A stretch of 64,000 nucleotides of DNA from Phoronis australis. Taxonomy: Eukaryota > Animalia > Phoronida. A program made the translations under genes and the position numbers. Shown in pieces: positions 1 through 12,932 of the stretch. The first letter of the stretch is position 1. Each line of letters starts with the position of its first letter. The notes beneath the pieces are model-generated. The model worked only from the letters and a program-made list of their open reading frames with translations. It was not told where the DNA came from and made no database searches. The stretch covers positions 371,016 to 435,015 of the forward strand of contig NMRA01000041.1 in the NCBI GenBank assembly GCA_002633005.1, written 5' to 3'.

Positions 1-228
1 ACCACTTTACTGAAAGTGTTTTCCAAAAGACTTCTATTACAGCATTTTAGATAGTAAAGCAGAAGTAGTTAAAATTGTCTAAAGTCACAGAAATACTTTC
101 AAAACGAAACCTTTCTTCTCTTAAATCAAAAATTAAAGATTTTTTGTTTTTCTGATTGGCCGTATCAAACTGGAAGGGTCTGTGCTCAATCATGTCCTGT
201 GTACCCGAGTTCCAGTAATTATTTTCAG

Positions 229-321
229 TGGTGCCTGAAGTAGTTACCAGTGCCCTAAAGAAGCTGGGGTTTGCATCCTTCAGAGAGGGGCAGGAGTATG
301 CTGTCAGGAGGATACTGTCAG
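229..321 (+). CDS. RECQL4: RECQL4 exon (motif 0)
   Basis: ttttcag|TG...TCAG|gtggg; [31 protein letters not shown]. Confidence 0.9.
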
Positions 322-3300
322 GTGGGCTACACTCTTCCAGATGTTGAATGAACGCCCAGGGCAGTTCCATTCAACACTTTCTAAAAGTCTCTACTTTTGC
401 AAACTTGGTACTGAACATATGGCTGTGACTTCTTGTTTGCAAATTTTATTGGAAAGTTAGTCTTAATCTTAAAACCTGCATTTTGTCTTACTTAGCTGCC
501 TAAAAACTTACAATCAAATTTCATTGTTTTTTACTCTCACAAAACGGATCTTATAACATTCCATACTGGGACAGGATTTTATTTATCTTACCAGCTCAGT
601 CTCAGGCAGTGTGCCATTTTCTAACTCACAATTTTAAGGATGGCCATGTCACCGGCATTGCATGCATTCGCCATTTTCTAACTCACAATTTTAAGGATGG
701 CCAAGTCTCAGGCATTGCATATATAGGCCATTTTCTAATTCACGATATAAAGGATGGTCATGTCACGGGCATTGCATACACATGCCATTTTTTTCTAATT
801 TTTATGCGCCCACATATTTGTGGACGCATTATGCCGTCATCTCCGTCTGTCCGTCCGGCGTCTGCTGCTCTATCTCTAAAACTCTTTGACATACGTTCAT
901 GCAATTTGGCACATGTGTTCCATTCATGAATGGGACGGCATGAGCGAACTTTCGGACAGATCCGACTACCTAGTGGCAATTTTAGTTTTTTACGTTTAAC
1001 TCCATATCTTCAAAGATCCTCAACAGATTTTCATAAAATTTTAAATATAGGCATCTACTGGTGTGATGACTCAATCTTCCTGTTTTTGGATGGAATCGAG
1101 GTATTTTGCACCACCTAGTGGCCATTTTTTCTGTTTTCAAATCTTGTTTTTGGCTTCCACCCCTGTATCAACCAATCATTTGAAAATATTAATAAATATA
1201 TTCGTCTCTGTGTGAAGACGACCTTTGATGATGGTGACTGACTACTGTGGCGCCTCCTAGTTTTAGTTTTGTTTTGCGCCCATAGTTGTATCTCCTAAAC
1301 CCACTGCAGGATTTTTTAAATTACTAAATTTAGTAAGACTTAGTGTATTTATATGAAGATAACAACAGACGACGACGACTTTCAGGCAGATCCAACGGAC
1401 ACTGTGCCCACTAGTGATAATTTCATTTAATTCTGTTTTCCTTTGTTTCTCTGAAGTTACTTGACATTTTTTTTGAAATATGGCATGTTCCTGTTTTTGG
1501 ATGGATTGTATGTTTTTGATCCATCTAGTGGCCATTTTTATGATACAAATAAATAACCCTAAAAGCACACCATTTGCAATGCATTCTTGGGTGCATTTCA
1601 ATGCTCTGCGTTGCTCTCGTCTATTAGGTTGGACAATCACAGTAAACATTGATGAGTCTTAATCTCTCGTTGGTTAGGGAAATAGAATTGTATTGTGGTA
1701 AGGAATGTTAAAAGATCAGGGCCTAATTTGATCTTCGTATTTAGCCAGCTAAATTGGACGAAATGCAGGTTTAAGTGAATTTTTTTAAAGGAACAATGTG
1801 TGTACCCAACTAGGGGATTGTTTTCTAGATGCTCTTCTGATGGGATCAATTATTCAGAATTTCTCCTCACCAAAATTTGGAGATACACTTACTGATATTG
1901 CAGTGTTCACTATGCTGTTTACGCATTGTTACATGTTAATATTGACTTCTTGGCTGCTATCAGATTAATGATTAATTCAAACATAACTGTATATGCAGGG
2001 CCATGCGAAGCTTAAAGAAATTTTTCGCACAGGTGTTGCACTTTGGCAGATACACTACATCACTTATTGGTGCCAGCGGACATGTGTTTTACTGGAATGT
2101 GCATCGTGTTTTTCATCTTTTGATGAAACATTTCAACATTGTCAATTTATAACAATTCTGAGGAACTTCTCAGTGTACTTCATGACATTGCAAGTTGTGA
2201 AAAAGTCCCATGAATATTTTTTATACATTTATTGTAACAAAGTGACAATTGCAATACATACCTAGTACATAAACATACATAAACATTTACCACCCTTCTA
2301 GCTGTACTAAGTTCCATTTTTCGTTGTGATTTTCTAATGTAACATTGATTTTACTAATGGTAAATTCTATATTTCTATAGTTTTTGAAAACTCAAGTGAC
2401 ATCAGTTGTTAATGGAATTTTGTTCTGCATTCTACATTGATAAATGACATTTTTTGTTATTAAAACTACAATATTTATTCTGTTGTTACATTTGGTATTT
2501 CCAAACAGAATGTCAAGGCTGTTTAAAAAATCGATCCTAAGGAAATCAGCACAAACTTTCCTCCACAACTCTCTTACATAGCTACATTCCACAAATAAAT
2601 GTTATATAATAGTGTCTTTATGATCTGAGCAAAATGTGCATGGTCATTGTCTTGAGTTTTAATTAACGTTAAAAAGACATATGTAGCCCTGTGAATTTGA
2701 AAAATTGCATGTAAGGAAATGTTCAACACTTGTAGTTTGTGATCTAATCTGAATTCTGTGCAATATTTTTCACCATTACCTACATCTCTTTGCCAGGTTT
2801 GTCAACATTGGTTGTCATATCAACAGGTGGAGGCAAGTCATTGTGCTACCAACTACCTGCTTACCTGTATGCCCAGAGGTCAAAGTGCATCACCTTGGTT
2901 ATATCCCCTCTAGTGTCCCTGATGGAGGATCAGGTATATTGAATCCTGCTGAATACTGTCACATCAATTGCATGTTTGGAAGCTCCAGACATAGTTGTTG
3001 TGATGGCATCTAGTACATGTATATGCTTTGTTTGCTGACTTCCTGGTAATGTAAACCTGAAAGGCCCTTCAGTGGTCAAAATTTCTGCAAATTTTTGAAC
3101 TTCAATGACAGATTTAGAAAATTAAAGAGTCTGTGAGCTCCTTGATCAAGGTTGAATTTTTTCACAATTGTCGCACTTCGTTGGAATAGGAGTTATATCA
3201 ATCATTCTCCCCAGCTGACTAGTTGCTTTTAATTATGGAGACTTTCTAACTTTTCAGATCACTGGTCTGCCCAATGAGTTGAAGGGTGTCTGCTATCACA

Positions 3301-6300
3301 CTAATATGTCTAAAACACAGCGCGAGAACGTTTTGCAACGTGTCCGGGAAGGAGACGTTCACTTTCTACTCATTTCCCCTGAATCGTTGGTGGGTGGGGG
3401 GCGGAGTGGAGGCCCTGGGTTCAGCTATCGCGACCTGCCACCTGTCGCATTTGCCTGTATCGACGAGGCACATTGTTTGTCAGAATGGTCGCATCACTTC
3501 CGTCCATCTTATCTCCGAGTGTGTAAGGTGAGACTGTGTCCCATAGTCAGTAATCGTTAATTAACCTCTTATTTGTGAAGACCAAGTATTTATTGATTTC
3601 AGACCTGCTGTAGACCTGGCTTCATTAGAGACCTGCTTATGTAATACTAGTAAGGCTAAAACTATGGTGACTATAGAAATTGCCTTATCCAGTTTGTCAC
3701 TCCCAGGCAGTGTGGCCTAATGAGAAAGGTGTCTGCTTCTATACTCAAGGTCGTGGGTTTGAGTCCCACTGCTACACACTGCTAGACCCTTGAGTCAGGT
3801 CTCTAGCTCCTCAACTCTGGTTTTATCTATATATTAAAGCATAATGTTTCCAAGTGATCAGTGCAATGGGCGCATCTGAGCTAGTTGACTGCACATGTCT
3901 TGTACAACGTTTACCAGACTGCCTACAGTTATTTTTGTATGGTCACTCCTTGGTCCCAAATGTATCATAGACTGAACTAGTATTGGACACCCAATATGTA
4001 TTAAAGTCATTGTACCTGATGTCCGGCTTTGGTTAGAAGTTTTGGTTTTACAGTTCTGTAGTTATGCAGTATATTTGATGTACACGTTTTTGATCTAGAT
4101 TAACTTAGTTCATAATATCCACCTTGAGTCCATTATCAGCTCATGGCAGTGCTTTAATATTAAAAGTACCTATCAATTGTCCAAATTATAATTGTATGTT
4201 CAAATTTCTTGATGTCAATCATGTGATCAATGTATTGCGTTTCCTACACAAGAGTTCATTGAATAATTTTACTTGATACACAGCAGGTACACCGAACTAT
4301 AGCCAGTGACCATCAATGTTCGTGACTCTTGACTGCTCACTGCTCACTAAAAAAATGAAAGAGAGTTGAAAAACCTTCAAAGACTTTAATACTGAGATAA
4401 TGGTTAAACTAGGTACTCAGTACCAGTTTACCTGACATCTAGTCTGCCTCCATGCTATGAACATTCCCAATAAATAAGATTGGTTCTAACCCCAGTGGTT
4501 AAGGTAAACGGTGGGGTATGGAAAATTGAACTAGACCGTATTTATCCACCTTGGTTGAGTCGCGCTTGGCTCACGATCAAAGGGATGCCGCCAAGCTACT
4601 CTAGTCATCGAGTCACGAGCGAGGATAATTGGCTTCGCTCATGCGGATATGATCAGCTGATTACAATCTAGCTAGCAGACTGTACTTTTTATGGAGAGAG
4701 TTTTACGTAGTTTTTACTCTAATATTTGAAAAGAGGAGCGAAAACAAATATGAGTACAACTTTGAATTTTTCAAATCGGCCCAGGATAAGAGATTTTGCA
4801 ACACAGCAACACTCACGATTACTTTCATTCGGCGCGCACTAATACAAAAATATAGGACCCAAGTTATTTAGATTTTGGAACACATGCATTGCAATATTCA
4901 AAATACGTTTATTATGAATCTTACAAGCTGTAAAACGACGTTGTTAATTTCATTGTGTTCATTCATTGTCATCCGTCAAATCGGCAATTTCCGAGATGTG
5001 ATCTGCGGCGTGCGCGTATGTGTACAAAACACGTGATTGTTATGTTCCTGAAGTACGAAAATTAAGAAGGCTTTAACATGCCGTTATTATTGACAGGGAC
5101 ACGATAAAACGAATTTGGATTTTGACTATAGTCTTGATACAGCGATCTGACTGACCACTGCGTCAGTGTCTCCGTTAGACCCAGAAATTTCACACAGCCC
5201 GGGTAGTTCATTTCATCCCCAACATGTAGATCGAGCCTTGGACTATTAATACTCCACGGCAGAGCTAATGACAGTCGGCCTGTGCACACAAAATCTGTGT
5301 GTTAACCAGCACTCACCTTGCACGTTACAGCCGTTTAAGTGAAAAACAATCTAGTAAACGCCATTTTCTTGCATAATCCTCCGCCTTTTGTAACAAAAAA
5401 GTATCGTCGATGACCCGCACACGCACGCTCACTCACTCTCATACGCAGACGACCTTCAAAAAAAACGTCACGTGACGACAACATGTGTGTTCATCCAGAG
5501 ATTTTTCTCGTGTTGTGGAGTACGATGTATCGCACATTTGGACTTAATCGCATTAATCTGGACTCAACATGAACTTAAAAATTGTAAAACATCAGGAAGA
5601 TTTCAGGTAATTTGTTGAGTCGAAACTATATTTTTATTCAAGAGTACAAGTTTTCCTATTGACGATCGCGATTCAGCGACACATCAGTTGGCAAGTTTTC
5701 GCCCTGTGATGAGCACAATTTTTTGAAAAATTATCGTAATTTAACAACGGAAGTTCAAACATAACTGTATATGCTGGGCCATGCGAAGTTTAAAGAAATT
5801 TTTCACAGAGGTGTTGCACTTTGGCAGATACACTACATCACTTATTGGTGCCGGCGGACATGTGTTTTACTGGAATGTGCATCGTGCTTTTCATCTTTTG
5901 ATGAAACATTTCAACATTGTCAATTTATAACAATTCTGAGGAACTTCTCAGTGTACTTCATGACATTGCAAGTTGTGAAAAAGTCCCATGAATATTTTTT
6001 ATACATTTATTGTAACAAAGTGACAATTGCAATACATACCTAGTACATAAACATACATAAACATTTACCACCCTTCTAGCTGTACTAAGTTCCATTTTTC
6101 GTTGTGATTTTCTAATGTAACATTGATTTTACTAATGGTCAATTCTATATTTCTATAGTTTTTGAAAACTCAAGTGACATCAGTTGTTAATGGAATTTTG
6201 TTCTGCATTCTACATTGATAAATGACATTTTTTGTTATTAAAACTACAATATTTATTCTGTTGTTACATTTGGTATTTCCAAACAGAATGTCAAGGCTGT

Positions 6301-9300
6301 TTAAAAAATCGATCCTAAGGAAATCAGCACAAACTTTCCTCCACAACTTTCTTACTCTTACTCTCAATCCAACAACCACGGATCCCCCTAGTGGCTAATA
6401 GTATTTTTACCTCTGTCTCTTCAGAGCTCATGAAAAGAAATTTGGCTAAAGATCATTATTAATTAGACAGCATTGCCTTCTATTTTCGGGTGGATTCAAT
6501 GTATTCTGCAGCAATGCCTAGAGCCAGAGGCCATTTTTATGTGCCCATATATACATATGACGCTTCTTATTTGTGATTTTATCTTTTTTGTATCCACGGC
6601 TGTGTATCCTTACATTTGCAAAAGTGATTAAATACATGGCACTTGTTGATATTTCAGTCTTTATTCCATTCCGTTCGTATCCTTGGACCATGGTTCGACA
6701 CTCATCAGAACATTGGTGAAGCAAGTGGCCAAGAGACATGATTAAAAGACGTATGATATCATTCCGAGGATATGAGCGGAACAGAATAGACTGTTAATAA
6801 CGACAAGTGTCGTGTATTTAATCAATTTTGCATATCAGAATACTTGCTCCCTAAGTACAGCCTTAAGCATTTGCAGGATTTTTATGCGCCCACATATTTA
6901 TATGAGGTCGCATATTGCCGTCATCTCTGTCAGGGCGTCCGGGCGTCAGGCGTCCGCGGCTAAATCTCCTAAACCCCTTGCAGGATCGTATTGAAATTCG
7001 ACAGGTGTGTTCCTATGGGATCTACGACAGAGGGCGATTAGTTTCGGACTGACCCTAGTACCGCTGTGGCCCCTAGTGGCAATTTTAGTTTTTGACGTTT
7101 GCCTCTGTATCTTCAAAGGTCTTCAGCCGATTTTCATGAAATTTGGTACATAGGGCATAATGAGTTGATGCCATCCTCACGTTTTCAGATTGCTTCGATG
7201 GATTTTGCGCCATCTAGTGGTCATTTTTACTATAATTTTAGAGTCAGATGGGATGGCATGAGCGAACTTATGGACAGATCGGACTACCAGTGTGCCCCCT
7301 AGTGGCAATTTTAGTTTTTATTTGGCAGAATTCTGGGAATTCCGCCAAGTATGTTGGTCTGACATCAATTTTTTTTTTGTTTGTATGCTCTCTACAGGTC
7401 GCAATTTTCGTCCAATCCGCACGAAATTTGCATGCAACGTGTAGATCAGAAAGTCCTAGAAGCCTATTGTTTTTGGTCATGATCGGATTCATAATGGCGG
7501 ACGTGGCGGCCATTTAGTTTCCGGTCTCAGATTCAAAATTTATGCTCATAGAGGCCACATTTTTTGACGTACAAGGCTGAAACTTGGTACGATTATTATA
7601 GAACACATGTGCTACAACTGTGCCGAAAAACGTTGACTTCCGGGTACAGATGGCGGGAATGTTGACAATGGTGCATTCACCCCTATATATCTGGCCAAAA
7701 ACATTTTCTCCTGTAGAGGGCGCATTGGCGAACCAATCGCTTTCAAACTGGTCACATGTTTGTTGCTATTAATCAGCTTTTATAAAATTTTGTTAAACCG
7801 GTAGTCACTTTCAAGATGGCGGCTCTGGCGCATTTTCACCCATTTTCGATTGTTCTGCTGTCGCATCTTTAACGGGAAGAGTAAATGACGTGAATTTGTG
7901 CATGGGGATTCTTTGAAGTATGCTCTGTCAAAAGTTCTGCGATAACGTTTTTCTCAGACTTACCGTTTTCGAGTTATTTGACTTTGAATTTCAAAAAAAT
8001 GCAAAATTTCAATTTTTTCGAAAAATTTATGGATTGTTGCGAAACCATCAATTTAGATAGTTTTGGACGGGCTTTCAGAAGATGTTTTCCATTTTTCGTT
8101 ACGATGTCTACTTTTTGAATTATTCGAGATTTTCTAATGGCAGTCAGGCCGCAGCCACGGGGCATTTTCCAGTGCCTACAATTCATATACAGGGCGTATG
8201 TAAGGTTTGGGTCGTTGTTCGAGGATTCTGTTGTAAACAGATGCCAGGAAAATGATTTATTTTGTGTTTTTGAATGAGAAAAGCCAAGTTTTTACCTACT
8301 TTTGATGCAAACCGGTGGCTGGCATTTGCTATCAACCTCTTTCGTCTGCCGTCCGAGAAACAGGGTGCGTGAACAAGACTGCAGGATATTTCTTACTGAT
8401 TTGTTCGCTAGTCGCATGAATGTTATTGTGTTGTTTATAATCTCTGCCTTCATCGTCATGATCGTCGTCGTCGTCCTCCCCATCGTCCTGTTTTCGCGTA
8501 ATTTCGCTGAGAGTCTCTCCTCCGAGCGCTCCCGTTTTACGTTTACCTCAGTCTGTATCTTCAAAAGTCCTGAACAGATTTTCATAAATTTTTTTTTGGC
8601 GCTATCAACCTGTTTTCAGATGGATTTGACATAGTTTGCGCCACCTAGTGGTCATTTTTACTGTTTTTGAGCCTATTTTGGTGTGCCACATAGTGGTAAT
8701 TTTTATGATACAAATGACCCTAAAAGCACACCGTTTACGATACTTTCGTGGGCAAATTTCAACTCTCCGCTTTGCTCTTGTTAAGGTTCTAAAAGATAAA
8801 CTGGGCGTAAAGTGTTTCTTAGGACTAACTGCCACAGCCACAGCATCAACAGCCAACAATGTGGCAGACCATCTGGGTATACAAGACCATGAGAAAGCCA
8901 TCATACGTGGGGCACCTGTTCCGAGGAACTTGAAGCTGTCGGTGTCTCTGGACAAGAATAAGGAACAGGTATAGAAAAGCACATCTAATACCACATTGCA
9001 GTTATTTCAAATGTATCTGCCCTACACATTAGGAAAAATGGCTATGACATCTTGACTATGTAAATCAATAGATTGGTATTGGATGGGGAATGGGAACTTT
9101 ATTTTTTGCCAAGTTGGGAGTGGGTGTTTAGTCCAGTCAACTGTTTGAGCTAATAGATGATACATAGGACGCAAAACGTTAGGGAATTGTTTGTGTTGTG
9201 GGAAGTAGTTTTCTTTTTTTTAGCATTCAAAAAATGCAAGGAACCGGTTCCTCTGAAAATTTAAACTTTTCTCTTTTGGTCCAAAGTCACGATTTTATAG

Positions 9301-12300
9301 GCAGATTTTGATAAATAATGAAACAAGTAACATCAATACCGCTTAAGTTTAAGAATATCTGTGCAAGCTTTAAAAGCGTCTTCTCCTTCTCGAGCCTAAA
9401 ATTAAGCACAAGGTTAGTGTAAGTATCATAAACCCCGCTTGAATTTAAGCATATCTGTACAAATTCTGAAATCAACATCTCCTACTCTGGCTTAAAATTA
9501 AGCAAAAGTCTCACCCACATAATACCTGCTTAAATTTAAGAATAACTGCACAAGTTTCAAAATCGCCATTTCCTTGTCTGGCTTAATATTAAGCACAAGT
9601 GTAACATAAATCCCGCTTAAACTTAAGANTCATACGTGGGGCACCTGTTCCGAGGAACTTGAAGCTGTCGGTGTCTCTGGACAAGAATAAGGAACAGGTA
9701 TAGAAAAGCACATCTAATACCACATTGCAGTTATTTCAAATGTATCTGCCCTACACATTAGGAAAAATGGCTATGACATCTTGACTATGTAAATCAATAG
9801 ATTGGTATTGGATGGGGAATGGGAACTTTATTTTTTGCCAAGTTGGGAGTGGGTGTTTAGTCCAGTCAACTGTTTGAGCTAATAGATGATACATAGGACG
9901 CAAAACGTTAGGGAATTGTTTGTGTTGTGGGAAGCAGTTTTCTTTTTTTTAGCATTCAAAAAATGCAAGGGTGATTTGAGAAATGAAGACTGGTGTTTTT
10001 AAAAAGGGTGTTTACTACTGAACATGGGTGTTCAAAAGTCAAGATTTGCTAAATTATGGGTGTTAAAATAAAAGACTGATCTGATGTATTCGTTAAGTAC
10101 TATTAAGTAAGCTGATATGAAACTGCCTCAAACATAGATCTAGAATTGTAAGAATATGTCGATATGGTATCCTACATCGGTGTAGATCAAAAATCTGCTA
10201 ACTTACTATAAACTGCATGCTTTAAGAGTTTTAGGAAAATTGTAGCATGCTGGCATAGGGCTTGTCCTGCATTGACATAGGGTCTAATAATTTACCAGTC
10301 TTTGACGAAATGTAGTGGCCTTGTGACAGAGCCCTTATGAAACGTCAATTGCTCACAGTCGCATCTAAATCGCGCCTGCAGCACTCGGGTAATTTTAATC
10401 AAGTGAAAAGGTATCTATTGACCTATAGTTCAGATCTTATCAATCATAAAGAAACCTCACGATATTTTTAAAGATGCACTGGGCCACAAATGCAGACGAT
10501 GGATACACTGTAATTATGTCACTCATTGCCCCAGTAATACATGCTGGAATTGCCCTTTCCTTCAGTAGTTACATTTACATCAGACTAAAACTGATACATG
10601 TGCATGAACTGTTACAATTTTCAAAATTTGATATCGGCTGAAATTCAAATGTTCACAACATCAAGCAAGACCACTTAGGCCTATAATTTCATGTAATAAG
10701 CAGTCACAAAATCTTGATTTGCAAAAAAAACAACGTATAAAATAACCCAAGTTTTATTTGGTTGGGTGCTTTGAGTTTATTGTTCAGTGTATTTGTGCCC
10801 ATCTTCAGCCCCCAGTAAAGTTATTTGTCAGTGACTTTAAGCGTATGGGGAATAGGGCCGTACCAGAATACGTGGCTATAGCACTCTCCTTTGTCCTGGA
10901 GATAAGAAAGAGGGTGACCTCGTCTTCAAAATCTGACACCTTTTCGCAGATTATGTCGAAGACCGGCGAGTTGTATACCCGTGGAAATTTTCCTGACTTC
11001 AACTGATAAGGGATATCTTCAAGAGAGGAAATTCTGTTCAGTTCAAAATTAACTCAACAAACTTCGTTTGCCCGCTCCCTTTGCATTTTCCTGTCTCTCA
11101 TTGATGTCGGGAAGGTGAAGAACTTCATGTCATTTGTCCATAGGTATTTGTCCTGTTTATCAAGCATTCTCATGTTGGAGTTGCAGCCCACAGCGCAGCA
11201 ACAATTTAGCATTGGTAGGGCGTAAATGCCGATGAGAAAAACTTGTAAAAATGTAGATAAAAACAAAGAACATTTTGACTCCAATGGCACAGAAATGAGG
11301 CAGCAAAATATGTGCCTGCCTTCTGCTTATGATATTGTGTGCAATGAGATTCAAGTGTCGCTGATCCAGGATGGCCCCATTGTATTAATGTTCATGTTGT
11401 TTTTCTCTGACTTAATCCAGATGGCTTGTTTAACCGTACCAACTTCATGTTGTTTTCCTGGTTTGTATTGTACTGTAAATGCACTGTAAATGAAGTTGTG
11501 AAAGCATGCTCCATAGCTTTATACTTACAACTTGTCTTCAGGCCTTGGTCCATCTGTTAGACGGAGAGCGATTTAGGAAGTGTGAGTCTGTGATCATATA
11601 CTGCACACGGCGTGAGGAAACGGAGCGGCTTGCTACGCTGATACGCATACACTTCAAAGATGACCCAGAACTTGGTAAAAAAGGCAAAAAAGGTTAGTTG
11701 CATTCTTAGCAGTGGTTTTGGAAAAAACATGTTTATGCGCGATATTTATTATTGTGCTTAATATCCTGTGGGCAATGTTTCAACCTTGTTTTTGTGCTAA
11801 ATTGTGTTTCTTTATAATGTTGCTGTCACTTTTCACTTACTTAATGTGTTCATCTCATCCTCCTTATGCCTCCAAAAAGATTTTAATTTTGGGTTTGGGG
11901 TTGATGTGCAGAAGGAGAAATTGAAAAACTACCCATGAATATTGGATTTGTGGTTTGTTGTTTCCTTTTAAAGCTGAAAGTACCCCTATGTTGTGTACAT
12001 TCCTTCTGTTGTCTATTTTCTTCACAGCTTAAAAGTTGAGTGTATATCTTGCTGTAGCTATATATTGCGCAAACAAACAGCATACTTGATTTTGCGAAAA
12101 TGTGGCTTTGTCGGTCACTTGCCTTTATTGACCCTGGTTATTGGTCAGTGTTGTAGCCATTTAATTTTCTCCATGTGTATGGTAGCTTTCATCCGTAGGC
12201 ACTGAGCTGGTCGAATGCTACCACGCCGGGCTGACTGCCGCCAAGCGTACACGTGTCCAGAAAGCCTTCATGACAGGCCGACTGTGCATTGTCATTGCGA

Positions 12301-12899
12301 CTGTAGCATTTGGCATGGGCTTAGACAAGTCAGACGTTCGTGCTGTCATCCACTTCAACATTCCACGCAGTTTTGAGAGCTACGTGCAAGAAATTGGACG
12401 AGCAGGCCGTGATGGAATTGAGGCTCATTGTCATCTGTTTCTTGACCCAGAGGTGAGATTTTAAATTCTACATTTCAGAAAAATCTGTTTTGCTGTTAAC
12501 TGAGAATTTTGTTTTGAAGTCTTGGGAGTTGCCAATTACTTTGGACACACAGGATGGGGTAATTTTAAAAAATCATGTCAAAGTTAGATTACATTTACCA
12601 GTCTTATGTCAAAACTTGCAAAGGAAGTGTGTCGAAATAAGACCAGAAGTTTTATTGATATTGTATTACAATAGTTTGTGGTTTTAGGAATGAATATGAA
12701 ATAAAAACTTTCTAGTTTTAGGGATGAATATGAAATAAAAACTGTCTAGTTTTAGGGATGAATATGAATGTCAAATAAAAACTGTCTGAGTGGTACCACT
12801 TTTACACTTTTAGTTTTGGTGATTTAATCTTTCCAAGTAAGTTAGTTTTAATTGGCAGTTGTTGTAGCAGTAGTAGTAGTAGTAGTAGCACCAACAGCT

Positions 12900-12932
<33 letters not shown>

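Noticed and set aside
609-929. 106-aa ORF with 19-aa repeats
   Set aside because: Product of the 57-bp minisatellite running into a HINE inside an intron
6690-6712. Hammerhead ribozyme core on the minus strand (CTGATGAGTGTCGAAC)
   Set aside because: GAAC instead of GAAA, no convincing stems, and absent from the younger relative at 20551-20999
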